Below are positions 16,222 through 26,746 of a stretch of DNA of 42,129 nt, in pieces (positions within the stretch are counted from its first letter, which is position 1; each line of letters opens with the position of its first letter). Made by a program: the position numbers and the translations under genes. This DNA is from a virus (taxonomy: Duplodnaviria > Caudoviricetes): positions 1 through 42,129 of IMG/VR virus record IMGVR_UViG_3300022218_000004. The stretch is one strand, 5' to 3'. The notes under the pieces were generated by a model that was not told the DNA's origin, did no database searches, and saw only the letters and a list, made by a program, of their open reading frames with translations.

Positions 16222-19166
16222 TGCCGACTAAAACAGTTATTGAACAACTAATAATTGAGATTGCGGGCGACAGCAAAAAGTTCAAAGCGACCGTCAAGGA
16301 ACTTAAAAAGCAGAATAAAGACCTTGAAGGCAGTTATAAAAAACTTGGAACCGTCGCGAAAGGTACTTTTGCAGCAATAGGGGCCGCCGCCGTTACGCTC
16401 GGGGTTGTCGCAACGAAAGCCTTTGCAGATTTTGAAACAGGTGTGACAAATGTCGCAAAGACAACCAACCTGGCGGGCAAAGACCTTGAGGATTTCAAAG
16501 ACGAAATTATCAGCATGTCGGAGCGGATCCCGGTTACAACTGATAAGCTCTTAGAAATTGCAACCGCAGCAGGTCAGCTTGGAATCAAAGGAACCGCGAA
16601 CCTTTCCAAGTTCACCGAAACAATTGCCAAGCTCGGAGCCACAACAGACCTTGAAGGCGAACAGGCCGCGCTTGCTATTGCCAGGATTCTCAACCTTACA
16701 AATGAATCAATAAGCAGCGTTGACCTTTTAGGCTCAACCCTAGTCGATTTGGGTAATAATTTCGCCGCCTCTGAATCTGAAATTTTAGAAGTAGCGAAAG
16801 ACGTCGCAAAAGCTACTGTTCAATTCGGCCTCGCCTCTGACGAAATCCTTGGAATATCCGCGTCAATGGCAAGTCTTGGAATCGCGGCTGAAGCGGGCGG
16901 GACTGTAGTTGGAAAAGCGTTTGCAAGTATTGACGCAGCTATAAGAGAACAGGGCGGGCCGGCGTTTGAAAAATTGGTTGAACTAACAGGGATGACCGGC
17001 GACCAATTAACTCAAACTTTTGCAACAGACGCGCCGCTTGTATTCCAAAAGTTTATCGAGGGATTGGGAAGGGCCGGCGCTGAAGGCAAGGACATGACCG
17101 CCGAGCTTGGCGAAATGAACCTTTCCGGGATACGGGTCAATAAAATATTGCCTACGCTCGCAAGCCGGTCTGATATTTTAGCCGAGGCGATGAAACGGGC
17201 GGGCGACGCCTCGAAAGACGCATCAGCTTTAAACGCCGAAGCGGCGACAGCATTTGAAACAAACTCGAGTAAATGGCAGATTGCACAGAATAAAATAGAT
17301 AATGCATTGATTGGACTCGGCGAAGAAATAGCGCCGCAAGTAACCGAAGCAATAACTGAAATTTCTAACGCAATTGCAGACAATAAAGAAGCTATCGGGA
17401 TTCTCGCCTCTGGCATAAAAGGCGCAATTACAATTATTGGCGGAGCCCTCAAAATTATCGGGAAGGTTTTTTCTGCGGCCAAAAAGGTTATTGACTTAAA
17501 GATCGAGAGTCAAAAGAAGTGGAAGAAAGAACAGAAAGACATGATCAAGAATTTGAAATATGTCGATAGTTGGGTCAAAAAAAGCGCGAAATCCGATAAG
17601 GAATACACGGACGGATGGGTAAAAAACGCCAAGACAAGGACAGCCACAAATGAACAATATGTGGATACATGGTTAGTAAAAGAAGACGAGAGAAAGGAGA
17701 AGGCAGAGGAAACTGACGCTGCGGTCGTTCAATCAGCAGAGGACGCAGCAAAGAAAAGAAACGCAGCAATCGAAGCCGAGGCAATGAAACGGGCTGAGAT
17801 AGAAGCCGAGGCAGACGCGGACGAATTTGAAAGAATCGGAGACTTTACCAGCGACGTTGTAGCAGAGATCGAAAAAAGGGAAGCGGAAAAACTAAAAAAA
17901 ATTGAAGACAAGCTATCAGAAGAGGACAAATTATATAGAAAGTACCATAATGGGCAGTTGCTAAGTGAGACCGAGTTCGGTAAAAAAATGACCGAACTAA
18001 AAGAAATACAAGCCAGCTCAGAATATGGGGCAATAAAAAACGGCGCCGATGCCGTTGCAATGCTGATCAATTCAGAAAATAATGAATTAAAAACACTCGG
18101 AAAGGCCGCGACAATTGTTCAGATTACAATGTCAACCATTGAAGCTGCAATGAAGGCTTATAATTCGCTGGCGTGGATTCCTTATGTGGGTGTTGGCCTC
18201 GGGGCAATCGCGGCGGCCGGGGTTGCTGCATATGGAGCCGAGAGGGTTTCAAAAGTTCAGGCCATGAAAACCGGTGGCATTGTTCCGGGAACCGGTGACG
18301 GTGACATAGTTCCAGCCATGCTGGAGCCAGGGGAACTGGTTGTGCCAAAAGATGAAGTCGCCGGAGTCATTGCAATGATGGGCGCCCGCAGAATGAGAGA
18401 GGGCGGCGTAGCAGGTCAGAAAGAAAAAACGGGCTTATATGATACATTCGCCGACATTTTTAAAGTTCCAGGGATATTTAAGGCGCTCCTGGGAATGGAA
18501 GACAAGTCCGACACAAACGCCAGCGGATTCGGTTCAAGTGCTTTTAGTGGCATGGTCGATAAAATGGCTAACCCACTGGATGAAGCCGCAGACGAATTGT
18601 TAAGAACTTATTTGACGGCAGTCCCTGGCGGGGATATTCTTTATGAAGCGATCAGAGCCACAAACAAGACAGAAGAAGAAATTAAGAAATTATTAGGGGA
18701 CAATGCTTTAACCGATATTTTAGACCAGTTTGATTTAAGCGACGAAATCGAAGACGCGATTGAGCAGGCCGGCGGCGCAATAATCGAAACAGGCAAGGAT
18801 GTAGCCGGCGGAGCCATAGGAATAATTGAGGGTGGGATCAGAGGAGCGGGCGGAGCCGTTACAGGTGCAATTGGGACAGTCCTGGGCTTCCAAAAAGGCG
18901 GAATTGTCCCCGGCAACGGATCGGGCGATATTGTACCCGCACTACTTGAGCCCGGAGAAGTGGTAATTCCAAACGGTTTCGCCTCATCAATCGGGGGCCT
19001 GAGAAGTCGAAGCATGTCCCGGCCGTCAATAACAGGATCACGAAACGCAGGGTCAAACGGTAGCGGAGAAAGAACCATAAGAGTTATTAACGAGATTGGC
19101 ATCCAAGATGATTTTATCGATTACATAACTGTAAAACAACGCGAAAAACAAGAGTTGGGGACATGA
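16221..19166 (+). CDS. Tail tape measure protein (TP901-like core)
   Basis: ADFETGVTNVAKT, AGQLGI, LGNNFAASESEI; 981 aa; two GGIVPG..GDIVPA.LEPGE motifs. Confidence 0.93.
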   Translation: MPTKTVIEQLIIEIAGDSKKFKATVKELKKQNKDLEGSYKKLGTVAKGTFAAIGAAAVTLGVVATKAFADFETGVTNVAKTTNLAGKDLEDFKDEIISMSERIPVTTDKLLEIATAAGQLGIKGTANLSKFTETIAKLGATTDLEGEQAALAIARILNLTNESISSVDLLGSTLVDLGNNFAASESEILEVAKDVAKATVQFGLASDEILGISASMASLGIAAEAGGTVVGKAFASIDAAIREQGGPAFEKLVELTGMTGDQLTQTFATDAPLVFQKFIEGLGRAGAEGKDMTAELGEMNLSGIRVNKILPTLASRSDILAEAMKRAGDASKDASALNAEAATAFETNSSKWQIAQNKIDNALIGLGEEIAPQVTEAITEISNAIADNKEAIGILASGIKGAITIIGGALKIIGKVFSAAKKVIDLKIESQKKWKKEQKDMIKNLKYVDSWVKKSAKSDKEYTDGWVKNAKTRTATNEQYVDTWLVKEDERKEKAEETDAAVVQSAEDAAKKRNAAIEAEAMKRAEIEAEADADEFERIGDFTSDVVAEIEKREAEKLKKIEDKLSEEDKLYRKYHNGQLLSETEFGKKMTELKEIQASSEYGAIKNGADAVAMLINSENNELKTLGKAATIVQITMSTIEAAMKAYNSLAWIPYVGVGLGAIAAAGVAAYGAERVSKVQAMKTGGIVPGTGDGDIVPAMLEPGELVVPKDEVAGVIAMMGARRMREGGVAGQKEKTGLYDTFADIFKVPGIFKALLGMEDKSDTNASGFGSSAFSGMVDKMANPLDEAADELLRTYLTAVPGGDILYEAIRATNKTEEEIKKLLGDNALTDILDQFDLSDEIEDAIEQAGGAIIETGKDVAGGAIGIIEGGIRGAGGAVTGAIGTVLGFQKGGIVPGNGSGDIVPALLEPGEVVIPNGFASSIGGLRSRSMSRPSITGSRNAGSNGSGERTIRVINEIGIQDDFIDYITVKQREKQELGT

Positions 19167-19999
19167 CAATAACAGGCGGGATTAAATTTTTTGAAAGATC
19201 ATCGGCACTATTCAACGACGGCACAACGGCTGTTGCAAGCTCGAATAGTTCAGCGGCCAACAACATCCTAACAAATCGCCTTGACCTCGTTTATTGGGAG
19301 TCAATCGGAAGTGATGACCTGACAACTGAAACGATCACTGTCACATACAACACCACAGTAACTATTGACCGGATTATTTTAAACAAAATCAATTTCAAAG
19401 AGTTTACAGTCAAGTATGATTCAGGCGGAATGTGGACGGACTTCACAAGCGTGTTTGGTATTGATGGGGCTTTGGCTGGCGGAATATCAGAGACAGCATT
19501 TGCAGATGAAAGCGCATATTATGAAGTGGCTTCGATCACTACCAGCGAACTACAGATTTCAGTCACAAAAACCCAGGTCGCTGACGCTGAAAAGATCATC
19601 TACAATCTGTTCACGACTGAAGAGCTCGGAACATTTACGGGGTATCCGCAAATAGTTGACATTGATTTTAACCGCAATTCAAGGGAATCACAGGTCTTGT
19701 CAGGGCTCGCACAGATACAAAAATCATACGAGGTCAATAGTTTCGGTCTTGAGTTTGAGAGTTATCCCTCACAGGCTGATATGGATTTAATAAACGTCTT
19801 GTTTGATGAATCAAAAAGTTTTCTGGTTTGGTTGTGCGGTGGTCGGAGGGGGTCTGACTATTTTAGATTTGACATAAAAGGCTTTAGACTTCCGGACATT
19901 TACAACATGCAGACATCAGGGTCAATCAATCCGAGTTATCCACTGACAACCTATGTCAACGCTCCGAATAATACATTAACTTTGGTTGCATCAGTATGA
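19163..19999 (+). CDS. Distal tail/tail tip protein
   Basis: Immediately follows the TMP with an ATGA overlap. Confidence 0.6.
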   Translation: MTITGGIKFFERSSALFNDGTTAVASSNSSAANNILTNRLDLVYWESIGSDDLTTETITVTYNTTVTIDRIILNKINFKEFTVKYDSGGMWTDFTSVFGIDGALAGGISETAFADESAYYEVASITTSELQISVTKTQVADAEKIIYNLFTTEELGTFTGYPQIVDIDFNRNSRESQVLSGLAQIQKSYEVNSFGLEFESYPSQADMDLINVLFDESKSFLVWLCGGRRGSDYFRFDIKGFRLPDIYNMQTSGSINPSYPLTTYVNAPNNTLTLVASV

Positions 20000-21252
20000 C
20001 AGACAAAAACTACAAAGTTTATTTGACGCCCTTGGTTGACGAGGAAACCTACGGAACCGAGATTGAAATATCTGACTATGTCATATCTGATAATCTATCA
20101 TCGATCAAGAAAAACACCGACTCAGAAGATTATAATATCGGAGATTATCGCCTAGGGTCTATCAGCCTGGTATGCACAAATTACTGCGGGGAATTTAACG
20201 ACAACGACCCGCGCTCATTCTTTCAATACAAAAGCCAGCGGGCGAAAGTCAGGGTTGTTTATTATGACAGTCTGACGGATTCGTCATTGAGTTTTAAGGG
20301 GCTCACAAGTGACGACGCTACGGTATTTAATTCAGACGATACCGCAAAAATAAAGGTTCTTGCTAACGATTCAATCATTGACACTGTTCAGGTGCAAGCC
20401 GGGGTTCTGGAAAATGGGGATCTGTTCAGCGAGGCCCTAAAATCAATTCTGAATAATTCAGCAATAACGGCCGTTTTAACTTATGACGCCAGCGAGATCG
20501 AGGTTGATTTAGATTTAGCGATTGACGATGTAACCCCGTTTTCTGGCATCTCAACATGGCAGGCCGTAAGGCAATTATTAATTGCATCGAACAGCGTTTT
20601 ATACGTCGATGATGAAACAATCAAGGTAAAAACCAGAGATGAAAACACTCAAAACGTTTCTTATTTTTACGGCCCGGGCGACACGCTCGACCGGGAAAAC
20701 ATTGTCAGCATTACGGACTATAATAATGGGGCTCAAAGGATTTTCAACAGCATCATAATAAACGACTCAGATCCTTATTCAGACACCGAAAGCGTTGAAT
20801 GGTTTGGGCTCAAACAAAAAAAGTTTACGTTTGATTTTATCACCGACAGCACAAAGGAGTTATTGATTGCAAAACGGCTTGTCAATCAATTCCGTTATCC
20901 ACGGCTTGAGTTTAAACTAACATGCAAAACACAACTTGCTAATCAAATCGGTTTTTTTGATACAATCGGAGTAAGTCACCCGATCAAATCCAGGCCATAC
21001 AGGACAACTAACGCGCCGCTTTGGGATCTGGCAAAGTACGACACAACAGAAGATGTTTACCCAATTGATTTTGGCGGGGTCAATATTGACGGGCGGCTGG
21101 CTTTTCAGATCATTCAGCGGATAGAAAACCCGAGCGAGTTTCAAACTACTTTAAAACTGCGGGGCAGAGGTAAAACTTTTGATGATGGGGTCTTAATTGC
21201 TTGGATCTCAGCTTATGATTTTTCACGATGGGACGTTTCAACATGGGGGTAA
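19996..21252 (+). CDS. Tail tip/hub protein
   Basis: Position; aromatic WD repeats (LWDLAKYD, YDFSRWDVSTWG). Confidence 0.6.
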   Translation: MTDKNYKVYLTPLVDEETYGTEIEISDYVISDNLSSIKKNTDSEDYNIGDYRLGSISLVCTNYCGEFNDNDPRSFFQYKSQRAKVRVVYYDSLTDSSLSFKGLTSDDATVFNSDDTAKIKVLANDSIIDTVQVQAGVLENGDLFSEALKSILNNSAITAVLTYDASEIEVDLDLAIDDVTPFSGISTWQAVRQLLIASNSVLYVDDETIKVKTRDENTQNVSYFYGPGDTLDRENIVSITDYNNGAQRIFNSIIINDSDPYSDTESVEWFGLKQKKFTFDFITDSTKELLIAKRLVNQFRYPRLEFKLTCKTQLANQIGFFDTIGVSHPIKSRPYRTTNAPLWDLAKYDTTEDVYPIDFGGVNIDGRLAFQIIQRIENPSEFQTTLKLRGRGKTFDDGVLIAWISAYDFSRWDVSTWG

Positions 21253-21255
21253 AAA

Positions 21256-23520
21256 ATGGGTATTGGTACTTTACCAGATAGCACAACCGTTGCGGCTGGA
21301 TTAATAGTAAAATCAGCGGATATGCTTTCCGTTATATCAGCGTTAAATGGTTCTTTAGTCGGCCGTAATGCGTCAGGCGTCGCAACTTCCGGCGAAAGTC
21401 TCGGGACCGCTCTTTATCCATGGGGAAACGCTTTTATAACTGATTTGATTGTCGGCGGATCCTCGATTGATGTTTCCGGATTGACGGCAGCACAAAACAG
21501 GGTCATTTCAGGTAAAACCAGATCGACTTCAGGCCAGCCGTTTTTTCTCAATCCAAATGGAGCGGCCGCGACGGTCACCATTCAGGGGGCAGCCACAACC
21601 CTATCAGTTTCAATCAATGGAACAGTGACGGAAGTCACAACGGACATTGACGAGACAGGTTTAACGACCGCACCGGCCACTAACAACACATGCGCGATTA
21701 ACGACACAAGTTTTGTTGATCAGGAGTGGTCTAAGTATTTCGGAGAAGATGACAGCGAAAGGCCGACCATTACCATTGACACGGTAGGGACTGCGATTTC
21801 TAGCCGAGTCGGGCAAATGATCAGCCTGAAAACGACAACGTCCGAGATCATGTTCGGGTTTCTGAAATCCGCTACAGAATTTGTCAATGTCAGGCGGGGT
21901 TATTTCTTCGACAGCTCAAACGCTCCGATAGTCCGGGAAACAATAGCCAACAATGACACGCTGACACTTTTAGAGACTGGATGGATTTTTATCACGAACG
22001 ACGCAACAACCGTTGATGTAACCTACACAACGCCGGTTTATGCCTATACCGCGCCAGGCAGCCCGGCAACCGGGGATTATTGGTTCGACATGGCAAACGA
22101 GACTTGGAAACGTTATTCAGGCGTGGCTTTCGTGGTTATTAATCGGACCCTTTTGGGTGTTTGTGTTCAGGATACTTCAAATTGTATAGGAGCCAGGTCT
22201 TTTGATTTTGACAACTCTTTCGATGATACAAACACGATTGACGCCGAAGTTTTTGACGATGAAAACGTAAGATCAGCCGCCCCTGATAATCTGATCAATA
22301 TTTACGGAACGCTGGTCAATGTCACCAATACCCACATTGAATGGGATAATACAGCCGACATGGAAACCGGAAGCGTGGCGGCTGATACTGAGTATTGTTT
22401 GTATTTGACGACCGAGGGTGAGCCGGTTATTTCATTAGAAAAGCCATATGATCGGCCCGGTGATTTAAAAGGGCGGTATCATCCTTATAATAATTGGCGA
22501 TATGTCGGGAAGGCAAAAACTGACGCTGATTCCGATTGGCTTGCGGTTATGGCTTCGGATGCTTTTGCGGGCCTTGATAGGTCAGCGGACTTTGAAACGT
22601 CAAAGGACTTGATTTTTGATTGGGCGACAACGACCACGGCAACGCTGACTTGCTCAAGCATGAAGTTGTTAAACCGGCAAGGCGCTGGAAAAATGATTTA
22701 CGGTATTGACGACACTTTCAATATTGAGGCGGACAGAATTGACGGGACCGGCACAACTAACGAGCTGGCGTCAACAACTTATCAGTGCTGGCGGGATACA
22801 AACGGAGTCAAAAAAATGGCTCCGGACCTGACAGGGGTCGCGGATGCAAACGTTCTAAACTCTTTGTCAGACAGTACAGCCGCTTTTCAGACTCATTTGG
22901 TTCAAAGATGGGATGAGATTTATCAGACAACGGACTTGACAAAAGGCTACGTCAAGGCGGTAAGCGCGGAGGGTTTGATTACTTGCATGGATAAAGACGG
23001 CCTCGACCTTGATTTGTTTCCGCTTGGAACCGAGGGGTATTTGATCCGTATGCTTTCACCGCCTGGGCTTGGCGAGTTTCGTGGGCGGATTGGGAATGTT
23101 TTTAATAATTCGGGTTCTGCTATAGATGATTCGCATTATACGCAGATTCAAGAGAGAACAGAATATTTTAACCAAACTGCAATAACGGACACAGGCTGGA
23201 CCGTACGCACTAACATATTTGATATTTATCAAGTAAATGATTGGACAGGGCAGGGAAGTTGGCGAACTGTATTAAATTTTAATGGTGATTATGCCGGTCT
23301 TGTCACATCAGGTACGTTAACTATAGCAGGGATTGTATTCAAAACCATAACAGCCGGGCACCAATCAGTTGATGCAACGACAAATGTGAATGTTTCTGTG
23401 TATAATCGTCAGGCTCAAAGTGGGGCAGCCACAATAACATGGGCGTCCAGTGGAAACCTGCAAATACTTTATTTTTCTAGTGACCTAGCATTGGATAAAA
23501 AACCAACATTTCACAAATAA
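21256..23520 (+). CDS. Tail fibre / receptor-binding protein
   Basis: 754 aa, Thr-rich; LGTALYPWGNAFI and TAPGSPATGDYWFD fibre motifs. Confidence 0.75.
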   Translation: MGIGTLPDSTTVAAGLIVKSADMLSVISALNGSLVGRNASGVATSGESLGTALYPWGNAFITDLIVGGSSIDVSGLTAAQNRVISGKTRSTSGQPFFLNPNGAAATVTIQGAATTLSVSINGTVTEVTTDIDETGLTTAPATNNTCAINDTSFVDQEWSKYFGEDDSERPTITIDTVGTAISSRVGQMISLKTTTSEIMFGFLKSATEFVNVRRGYFFDSSNAPIVRETIANNDTLTLLETGWIFITNDATTVDVTYTTPVYAYTAPGSPATGDYWFDMANETWKRYSGVAFVVINRTLLGVCVQDTSNCIGARSFDFDNSFDDTNTIDAEVFDDENVRSAAPDNLINIYGTLVNVTNTHIEWDNTADMETGSVAADTEYCLYLTTEGEPVISLEKPYDRPGDLKGRYHPYNNWRYVGKAKTDADSDWLAVMASDAFAGLDRSADFETSKDLIFDWATTTTATLTCSSMKLLNRQGAGKMIYGIDDTFNIEADRIDGTGTTNELASTTYQCWRDTNGVKKMAPDLTGVADANVLNSLSDSTAAFQTHLVQRWDEIYQTTDLTKGYVKAVSAEGLITCMDKDGLDLDLFPLGTEGYLIRMLSPPGLGEFRGRIGNVFNNSGSAIDDSHYTQIQERTEYFNQTAITDTGWTVRTNIFDIYQVNDWTGQGSWRTVLNFNGDYAGLVTSGTLTIAGIVFKTITAGHQSVDATTNVNVSVYNRQAQSGAATITWASSGNLQILYFSSDLALDKKPTFHK

Positions 23521-23523
23521 AAT

Positions 23524-23898
23524 ATGAAATACAAACACGGAGCAACACCCGGCGAATATCATTTTATTGATGACGCCGGCAATAAATCAGCAAGTTTCAA
23601 CGCCAAAAACAAACCCGGAATGATCGCAGAAATGCAGGCATGGGTTGACGAGGGAAACGAAATTGAAGCGTTTGAGACTCCGGAGGAAATCGCAGAAAAA
23701 CAAGCGGCCGAAGATCAAAAGGCGCTGGATAATCAACCATCAGAATGCATCAGGCTTTTAAATGAATCTGACGCAAAGGTAAATGGTTCTTATCCAAATT
23801 CAGACGCGGATAAACAAAAATGGGAAGTTTACCGGGCAGAGCTCCGCGAGATCATGGGGTCAGACGTTTTAAGAGCAATTCCAGAAAAGCCTTTTTGA
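23524..23898 (+). CDS. Tail fibre assembly chaperone
   Basis: WVDEGNEIE; LLNESD...KWEVYRAELREI...IPEKP. Confidence 0.75.
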   Translation: MKYKHGATPGEYHFIDDAGNKSASFNAKNKPGMIAEMQAWVDEGNEIEAFETPEEIAEKQAAEDQKALDNQPSECIRLLNESDAKVNGSYPNSDADKQKWEVYRAELREIMGSDVLRAIPEKPF

Positions 23899-23924
23899 CA
23901 ATCCCAAAATTAAAGTGATATATT
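23895..23924 (+). promoter_or_regulatory. Promoter of the lipoprotein moron
   Basis: TTGACA 23895-23900, 18-bp spacer, extended -10 TGA-TATATT. Confidence 0.65.
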
Positions 23925-23965
23925 GAAATCTGATCTTATCACTTTAATTCAAAACAGGGGAAAAA

Positions 23966-25375
23966 ATGAAAAGAACATTGATTATAATTCTAGCCGCTAT
24001 TGTTGCGGCTTTTTTTCTTTCGTCTTGCAATTTAAAAGGCAGTGACGGAAAAGACGGCATTGATGGGATTGACGGCAAAGACGGAGTCGAGGGCGGGTGG
24101 ACCGATGCCACCACAGACACGCCGCTCGTCAATACATACAACCTCACAGGAAAACTTCAAAAGGGTCCATGTCCAGAGGGCGGCGAGGTCTTGATTCAAT
24201 CAATCAGCTATTCAGACATGTACCAAACCGGCGATCACTTCATAGGATTCACCCGCGATAATTTCGGGCGCTATTACATCCCTGCAGAATTATCAAATGA
24301 AGATCCGCTCGAAATATGGGCCGAGTCTTTTTTCAAGGGCCAATGTCATAATGAATTGACAGCCGGCTATGATTATCAGGAATTTTCGGCAATCATAAAC
24401 GTAACTGATACCGAAAACAACATAAACCCGCTGACTCATGTTCGCTCATTCGTTGCCCGTTGGCTATTTGGGGATACGTTGATTACTGACGTTTACGGGC
24501 TATCTAACAGCGGAGCCGAGGGAGATATTGCGGCTAGTATAGCGCTTGCTGAAATAGTGATTATTGATTTTCTGCAATTGCCGGCACCTGGAAAGAAATT
24601 CACAGAAATGAACCTCGAAAACGCCGATATCGGTGATGCAATATTGGCGCTTTTTAATTCCATGGTACTCTACAATGGCGTAGATGATCCAGGCGACTAC
24701 ATGACCCGCTTTGCGATCGGTGTTATTCAAAACGACCTGGAAATGAAATCAGCAATACAGGGAACTTTTGACGTCCTGCCATTGTTGCAGATCAAAAATA
24801 ACCTTGAGGCCAGATATTTAGAGCTCGGCATGGATATACCGTCACCGCCAATTTGGAGGTTAGGCGCTCCGGCTTATTACGCTGATTTACTCGAACGCGA
24901 TCAAGTCGAACAAGGCAATTTCAACCTTTCAGATTCAGGAAATTGCAGCATGGACACCACATACAAACGCTATGCAATCCCGCATATTTTCGAATCATGG
25001 ATTGAAACGTCTAAATACTTGGCATCAAACCTGAATCAAGGAAATGTTTCGATCTGGTCAAGGGGCGTGCACGGTGGCGGATATGACGCGCCGGGAATCA
25101 AGCTTTTAGAAGTTCAGCCATTGAGAGAGAATTTACTCGATAGCCCCCTGCCTTTTCACGGCATGATTGACGGTCACAGCTTGTCAGCAGGTGACGAAGT
25201 TTACTTTGTAATCGAAAACGAAACGGCCTTTGTTTTATCCGTTGGCTGTGAGGGCGGGCTCTTACCGTTTGGCCGCAAGATTGCGTCAAACGATGGCGGT
25301 TTGACTTATATCGGGTGGGATAATAACACTGAATTTTTCCGCAAGTCTGGTTTGAAATTAACGGGGATTAACTAA
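23966..25375 (+). CDS. Secreted lipoprotein with a short collagen-like linker
   Basis: Signal peptide II ending FLSS-C21; GSDGKDGIDGIDGKDG; G.LQKGP...QTG..F domain. Confidence 0.75.
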   Translation: MKRTLIIILAAIVAAFFLSSCNLKGSDGKDGIDGIDGKDGVEGGWTDATTDTPLVNTYNLTGKLQKGPCPEGGEVLIQSISYSDMYQTGDHFIGFTRDNFGRYYIPAELSNEDPLEIWAESFFKGQCHNELTAGYDYQEFSAIINVTDTENNINPLTHVRSFVARWLFGDTLITDVYGLSNSGAEGDIAASIALAEIVIIDFLQLPAPGKKFTEMNLENADIGDAILALFNSMVLYNGVDDPGDYMTRFAIGVIQNDLEMKSAIQGTFDVLPLLQIKNNLEARYLELGMDIPSPPIWRLGAPAYYADLLERDQVEQGNFNLSDSGNCSMDTTYKRYAIPHIFESWIETSKYLASNLNQGNVSIWSRGVHGGGYDAPGIKLLEVQPLRENLLDSPLPFHGMIDGHSLSAGDEVYFVIENETAFVLSVGCEGGLLPFGRKIASNDGGLTYIGWDNNTEFFRKSGLKLTGIN

Positions 25376-25779
25376 TGCTAAAACTGAGAAGATCGTATCT
25401 TGATAATTGCACAATCGGAAAGCTGTATTTCAAAGGAGAATTGATTTGTTATACAGTTGAGAGGCCATGGCAGAACAACGAAAAAAACATCAGTTGTGTG
25501 CCAGCTGGGTTGTATTTATTACAGCCCTATAGCTCATCAAAATACGTTGATTGCTATTCTTTGCTTTCAATGAATTTAGGGGTGGGCCTTACTCCGGATT
25601 TTCACAGAACACACATTTTAATCCATCCAGGCAACTTTCCTGATGATGTTCAGGGCTGTATTGCGCCGGGCTTAATGCTTCACTCTTCTGTTTGGGGTGT
25701 GGCGCATAGCAAAGACGCAATGAACAAACTCAGAAGCCTGATCGAATCCGAAAACATTGAACAGATAGAGATAAAATGA
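25375..25779 (+). CDS. DUF5675-family putative endolysin
   Basis: TIGKL..CYTVERPW..N..SCVPAG.Y, RTHILIHPGN...GCIAPG. Confidence 0.85.
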   Translation: MLKLRRSYLDNCTIGKLYFKGELICYTVERPWQNNEKNISCVPAGLYLLQPYSSSKYVDCYSLLSMNLGVGLTPDFHRTHILIHPGNFPDDVQGCIAPGLMLHSSVWGVAHSKDAMNKLRSLIESENIEQIEIK

Positions 25780-26066
25780 TTGAACTAGCAACAGCATGGG
25801 CCATTAATTACGGCCTAATCACAGCCGGCGGAACAATCGCCGCTTTCATCCTGGGTTGGATTTTAAAGAAAATTCCTTTCGACAAGTTTGCGAAATGGGC
25901 GGAAGAAATCGGAAAGGCTCAGGGCTTGGCGGTGACCACTTTTTTCAATGCGAAGTTGCCGAAATTGTGGAACGCTATTATTGAGCCGGTTTTTATCGAT
26001 ACCATAAACGCTGTTTTCTTCGCCTGGATTCGTGGGTTTATAGCGGGGTTGAAATCAGATAATTAA
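25776..26066 (+). CDS. Putative holin
   Basis: Small hydrophobic protein overlapping the endolysin stop. Confidence 0.5.
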   Translation: MIELATAWAINYGLITAGGTIAAFILGWILKKIPFDKFAKWAEEIGKAQGLAVTTFFNAKLPKLWNAIIEPVFIDTINAVFFAWIRGFIAGLKSDN

Positions 26067-26084
26067 AATAAATCAAAAAAGATA

Positions 26085-26142
26085 TTGACAGACATATTCC
26101 GAAATATATAGATTAAGATATCACATTTTGTTAATCTTAATC
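26085..26142 (+). promoter_or_regulatory. Early promoter with an inverted-repeat operator
   Basis: TTGACA 26085-26090, 18-bp spacer, TAGATT; inverted repeat GATTAAGAT (26111-26119) / ATCTTAATC (26134-26142). Confidence 0.65.
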
Positions 26143-26153
26143 GAAAAGGGAAT

Positions 26154-26333
26154 ATGGAAAAAGAAAAAGCACTAAAAACAAATCTACGGGGTGACGTCCT
26201 GTTGCCCCCTACGAACCTCAAGAAAGACCTTTACATCTATCTCAACTCACAGGCAGAAGAGCGCAAACTTTCCAGAACCACAATTCTGAACGAAATCATC
26301 CAAGACCACAAAGACCGGTCTGAAATCCCATAA
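26154..26333 (+). CDS. Ribbon-helix-helix-like regulator (59 aa, not in the ORF track)
   Basis: AAGGG RBS; TNLKKDLYIYLNSQAEERKLSRTTILNEII fits the RHH strand-helix-helix pattern. Confidence 0.65.
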   Translation: MEKEKALKTNLRGDVLLPPTNLKKDLYIYLNSQAEERKLSRTTILNEIIQDHKDRSEIP

Positions 26334-26344
26334 ATAAAAAGAAA

Positions 26345-26731
26345 ATGGACACAATAAGCAAACCTCTTTATCATTTTACGCCGTCATGGATGCTTGATTC
26401 AATTAAAAAAACTGGCATTAGAGAGGGACGCGTAATTGTTCAAGAAAGACCGCCGAAATTCAAGGCCGGTCATCAATGGTTAACTGTAAATCCAGATTTC
26501 AACCAGTCATGGGATGCACTTTCAACGCTTCCATATGATCGGACTGAAAACAGGATAGAGGTTAAAATACCAAGGATTCAGAATCTTTTCAAGTGGTCAC
26601 TATTCGGCAAAAAAATAGCAGGCGAAGAGATGTTTAATGTTTTATCTGCATACGGTGATCCGGAAAACTGGTATATTTACAGGGGGATTATTAGCCCTGG
26701 ATACTTTGTGGAAATCGTTCAAAAATATTAA
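26345..26731 (+). CDS. Putative ADP-ribosyltransferase-fold protein
   Basis: LYHFT...LDSIKKTGI...WLT...WYIYRGII. Confidence 0.5.
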   Translation: MDTISKPLYHFTPSWMLDSIKKTGIREGRVIVQERPPKFKAGHQWLTVNPDFNQSWDALSTLPYDRTENRIEVKIPRIQNLFKWSLFGKKIAGEEMFNVLSAYGDPENWYIYRGIISPGYFVEIVQKY

Positions 26732-26746
26732 CCAATCAAGGAGCTT

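Noticed and set aside
21256-23520. Diversity-generating retroelement or invertible tail fibre
   Set aside because: No reverse transcriptase or invertase, and I saw no second copy of the fibre 3' end.
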